From a virus: 64,000 bases of DNA. The DNA lies in the IMG/VR virus record IMGVR_UViG_3300045988_079139, positions 68,378 through 132,377 of that record. The stretch is one strand, 5' to 3'. Below are positions 62,912-64,000 of this stretch, one piece after another (position 1 is the first letter of the stretch; every line of letters starts with the position of its first letter). Below the pieces are notes generated by a model. That model searched no databases. It saw only the letters and a list, made by a program, of their open reading frames with translations, and had not been told where the DNA came from. A program made the translations under genes and the position numbers.

Positions 62912-64000
62912 TTAATAGCCGTGTCTATGATGATGACATTCAGTACAGAGCATGACACCATTAGATAACTCTGTAGTACCACCCTGTCGCCAAGACTTAA
63001 TATGATGAGCATGCATATCAGCTAGAGCGAAGGAGCCGCCGCAATCCGGACAAATACCATTTTGACGATTATAGAGTAGTTTACGCTGATTATCAGCAAA
63101 CTGTCTGTGAGTCAATAGCTGCTCATTTTTAGTAATACAATACTCAACGATTGCAGCTTTAGTACAGGTTAATTCCTTCAGAGTCTTGGCATCAAGAAGC
63201 TCCTTCAGTAAATTGGCAATTTCTTCTGGATCAAGCTCAACATCCTTATACTGATTATATAACCAGCCCCATTCAACGCCCTTGAAACCAACATCATAAT
63301 ATTCAAAATTAGCCTTGACCCATGCAACAACTTCGTTAAAATAATTCCACAGATCAGAAGCATCATTGTCCTTCATGTGCTCTTCCATATACGCGCAGAT
63401 AGCTTCATCACTCTTATCGCCAACTCGCCAATAAATTACTTGTTCCAGAAGCAATTGACGATTAGCATCTTTATTTGTATATTTCTTAAATAAAGCTTCT
63501 GCGGGACAAGTGCCAACTTTACTGGCTCGGCTGAAATATTTCTTTGCATCAGTTAGCCATTTTCTAGGATGATTAGGATTACGAATTTCCTGTTCTGTTA
63601 GAGGTTCGCCAGCAATGTTAATAGTATTAAACCAATCCAATCTATCTCGCTTAGTTCCCTTACACAGGTATACTTCAATTTCATAATCAAGAAATTCTTC
63701 AGCGAGTTCAGGATCATAAGCCTGGAGAGTGTCAAAATAAGTTTCTTTGCCATTTCTCAACCATTCAGCTTTAAAACTTGTCTGAGTGGTATCACCAGCA
63801 ACAAAATCACACAAACTTATTGTTCTTTGCTGACCATCAAGGCAGTCATAAGTACCATTTTCATTGTCTACCCAATACATAATACTCAGAGGTAAATTGC
63901 ATAATGCGGTATTGACAACCGCATTAGCCTTTTTCGTATCATAAACAAAGGAGCGCTGATATTCAGGTCTTACACATAATTTTCCACCATATGCGTAAAC
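62912..64000 (-). CDS. DUF262 (ParB-like nuclease) + HNH nuclease; N-terminus lies beyond the right edge
   Basis: The frame stays open upstream of the annotated Met to the window end (...RPEYQRSFVYD...MYWVDNENGTYDCLDGQQRT = DUF262 QR / DGQQR motifs). C-terminal HNH CPDCGG...HHIKSW...CTECHHHRH. Confidence 0.7.
   Translation of the reverse strand, partial: VYAYGGKLCVRPEYQRSFVYDTKKANAVVNTALCNLPLSIMYWVDNENGTYDCLDGQQRTISLCDFVAGDTTQTSFKAEWLRNGKETYFDTLQAYDPELAEEFLDYEIEVYLCKGTKRDRLDWFNTINIAGEPLTEQEIRNPNHPRKWLTDAKKYFSRASKVGTCPAEALFKKYTNKDANRQLLLEQVIYWRVGDKSDEAICAYMEEHMKDNDASDLWNYFNEVVAWVKANFEYYDVGFKGVEWGWLYNQYKDVELDPEEIANLLKELLDAKTLKELTCTKAAIVEYCITKNEQLLTHRQFADNQRKLLYNRQNGICPDCGGSFALADMHAHHIKSWRQGGTTELSNGVMLCTECHHHRHGY

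Noticed and set aside
1-64000. Search for tRNA or other RNA genes, including a suppressor tRNA.
   Set aside because: No intergenic segment shows a tRNA-like GC-rich cloverleaf with a T-loop GTTC(G/A)A motif by eye. Intergenic space is almost fully accounted for by promoters and terminators. Absence is not proven without tRNAscan-SE.

Overview
All real genes in this 64-kb window run on the minus strand; the plus-strand ORFs in the track are shadows. The content is that of a large virulent dsDNA phage. The host is probably a Firmicute: the peptidoglycan hydrolase has an SH3b domain, the flotillin resembles Bacillus FloT, and the promoters are Gram-positive sigma-A-like with a TG-extended -10.

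Left half (1-26 kb), replication and nucleotide metabolism: DnaE-like Pol III alpha (runs off the left edge), Dda/RecD-like helicase, RecJ-like DHH exonuclease, DnaG-like primase, DnaB-like helicase, Sak4-like AAA_24 ATPase, DHFR, ThyA-family enzyme, NAD-dependent DNA ligase, RNase H, and both subunits of a type II topoisomerase.

Middle (26-35 kb): an 864-aa multidomain peptidoglycan hydrolase, holin-like TM proteins, a PIN-PhoH protein and a FloT-like flotillin.

Right half (35-64 kb), an accessory array in which almost every gene carries its own near-identical TTGAyT-N17-TATAAT promoter and a hairpin terminator:
- an NAD+/ADP-ribose cluster (NAMPT-family, Prs/Adps-like, NadE, PncA-like, Sir2, macro domain, NADAR, NadR-like kinase);
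- an RNA-repair set (Rnl2-type RNA ligase with tRNA-binding domain, Thg1-like, P-loop kinase, four metallophosphoesterases, DEDDh exonuclease, nucleotidyltransferase);
- a full sigma-70 factor;
- an 841-aa major-vault-protein (MVP)-like protein;
- two Vsr/DUF559-type homing-endonuclease-like genes;
- a DUF2828 (Ro60/TROVE-like) vWA protein;
- a DUF262-HNH nuclease that runs off the right edge.

The most striking signal is in-frame TAG codons inside clearly homologous coding sequence: one in the RecJ DHH motif region, one in a holin-like gene, and eleven in a TM + coiled-coil + GIY-YIG ORF. This points to amber read-through or recoding.

No CRISPR array, rRNA or tRNA was recognised by eye. All coordinates derived by hand carry about +/-2 nt uncertainty. 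The ORF track evidently allows non-ATG starts (for example TTG at 16951).
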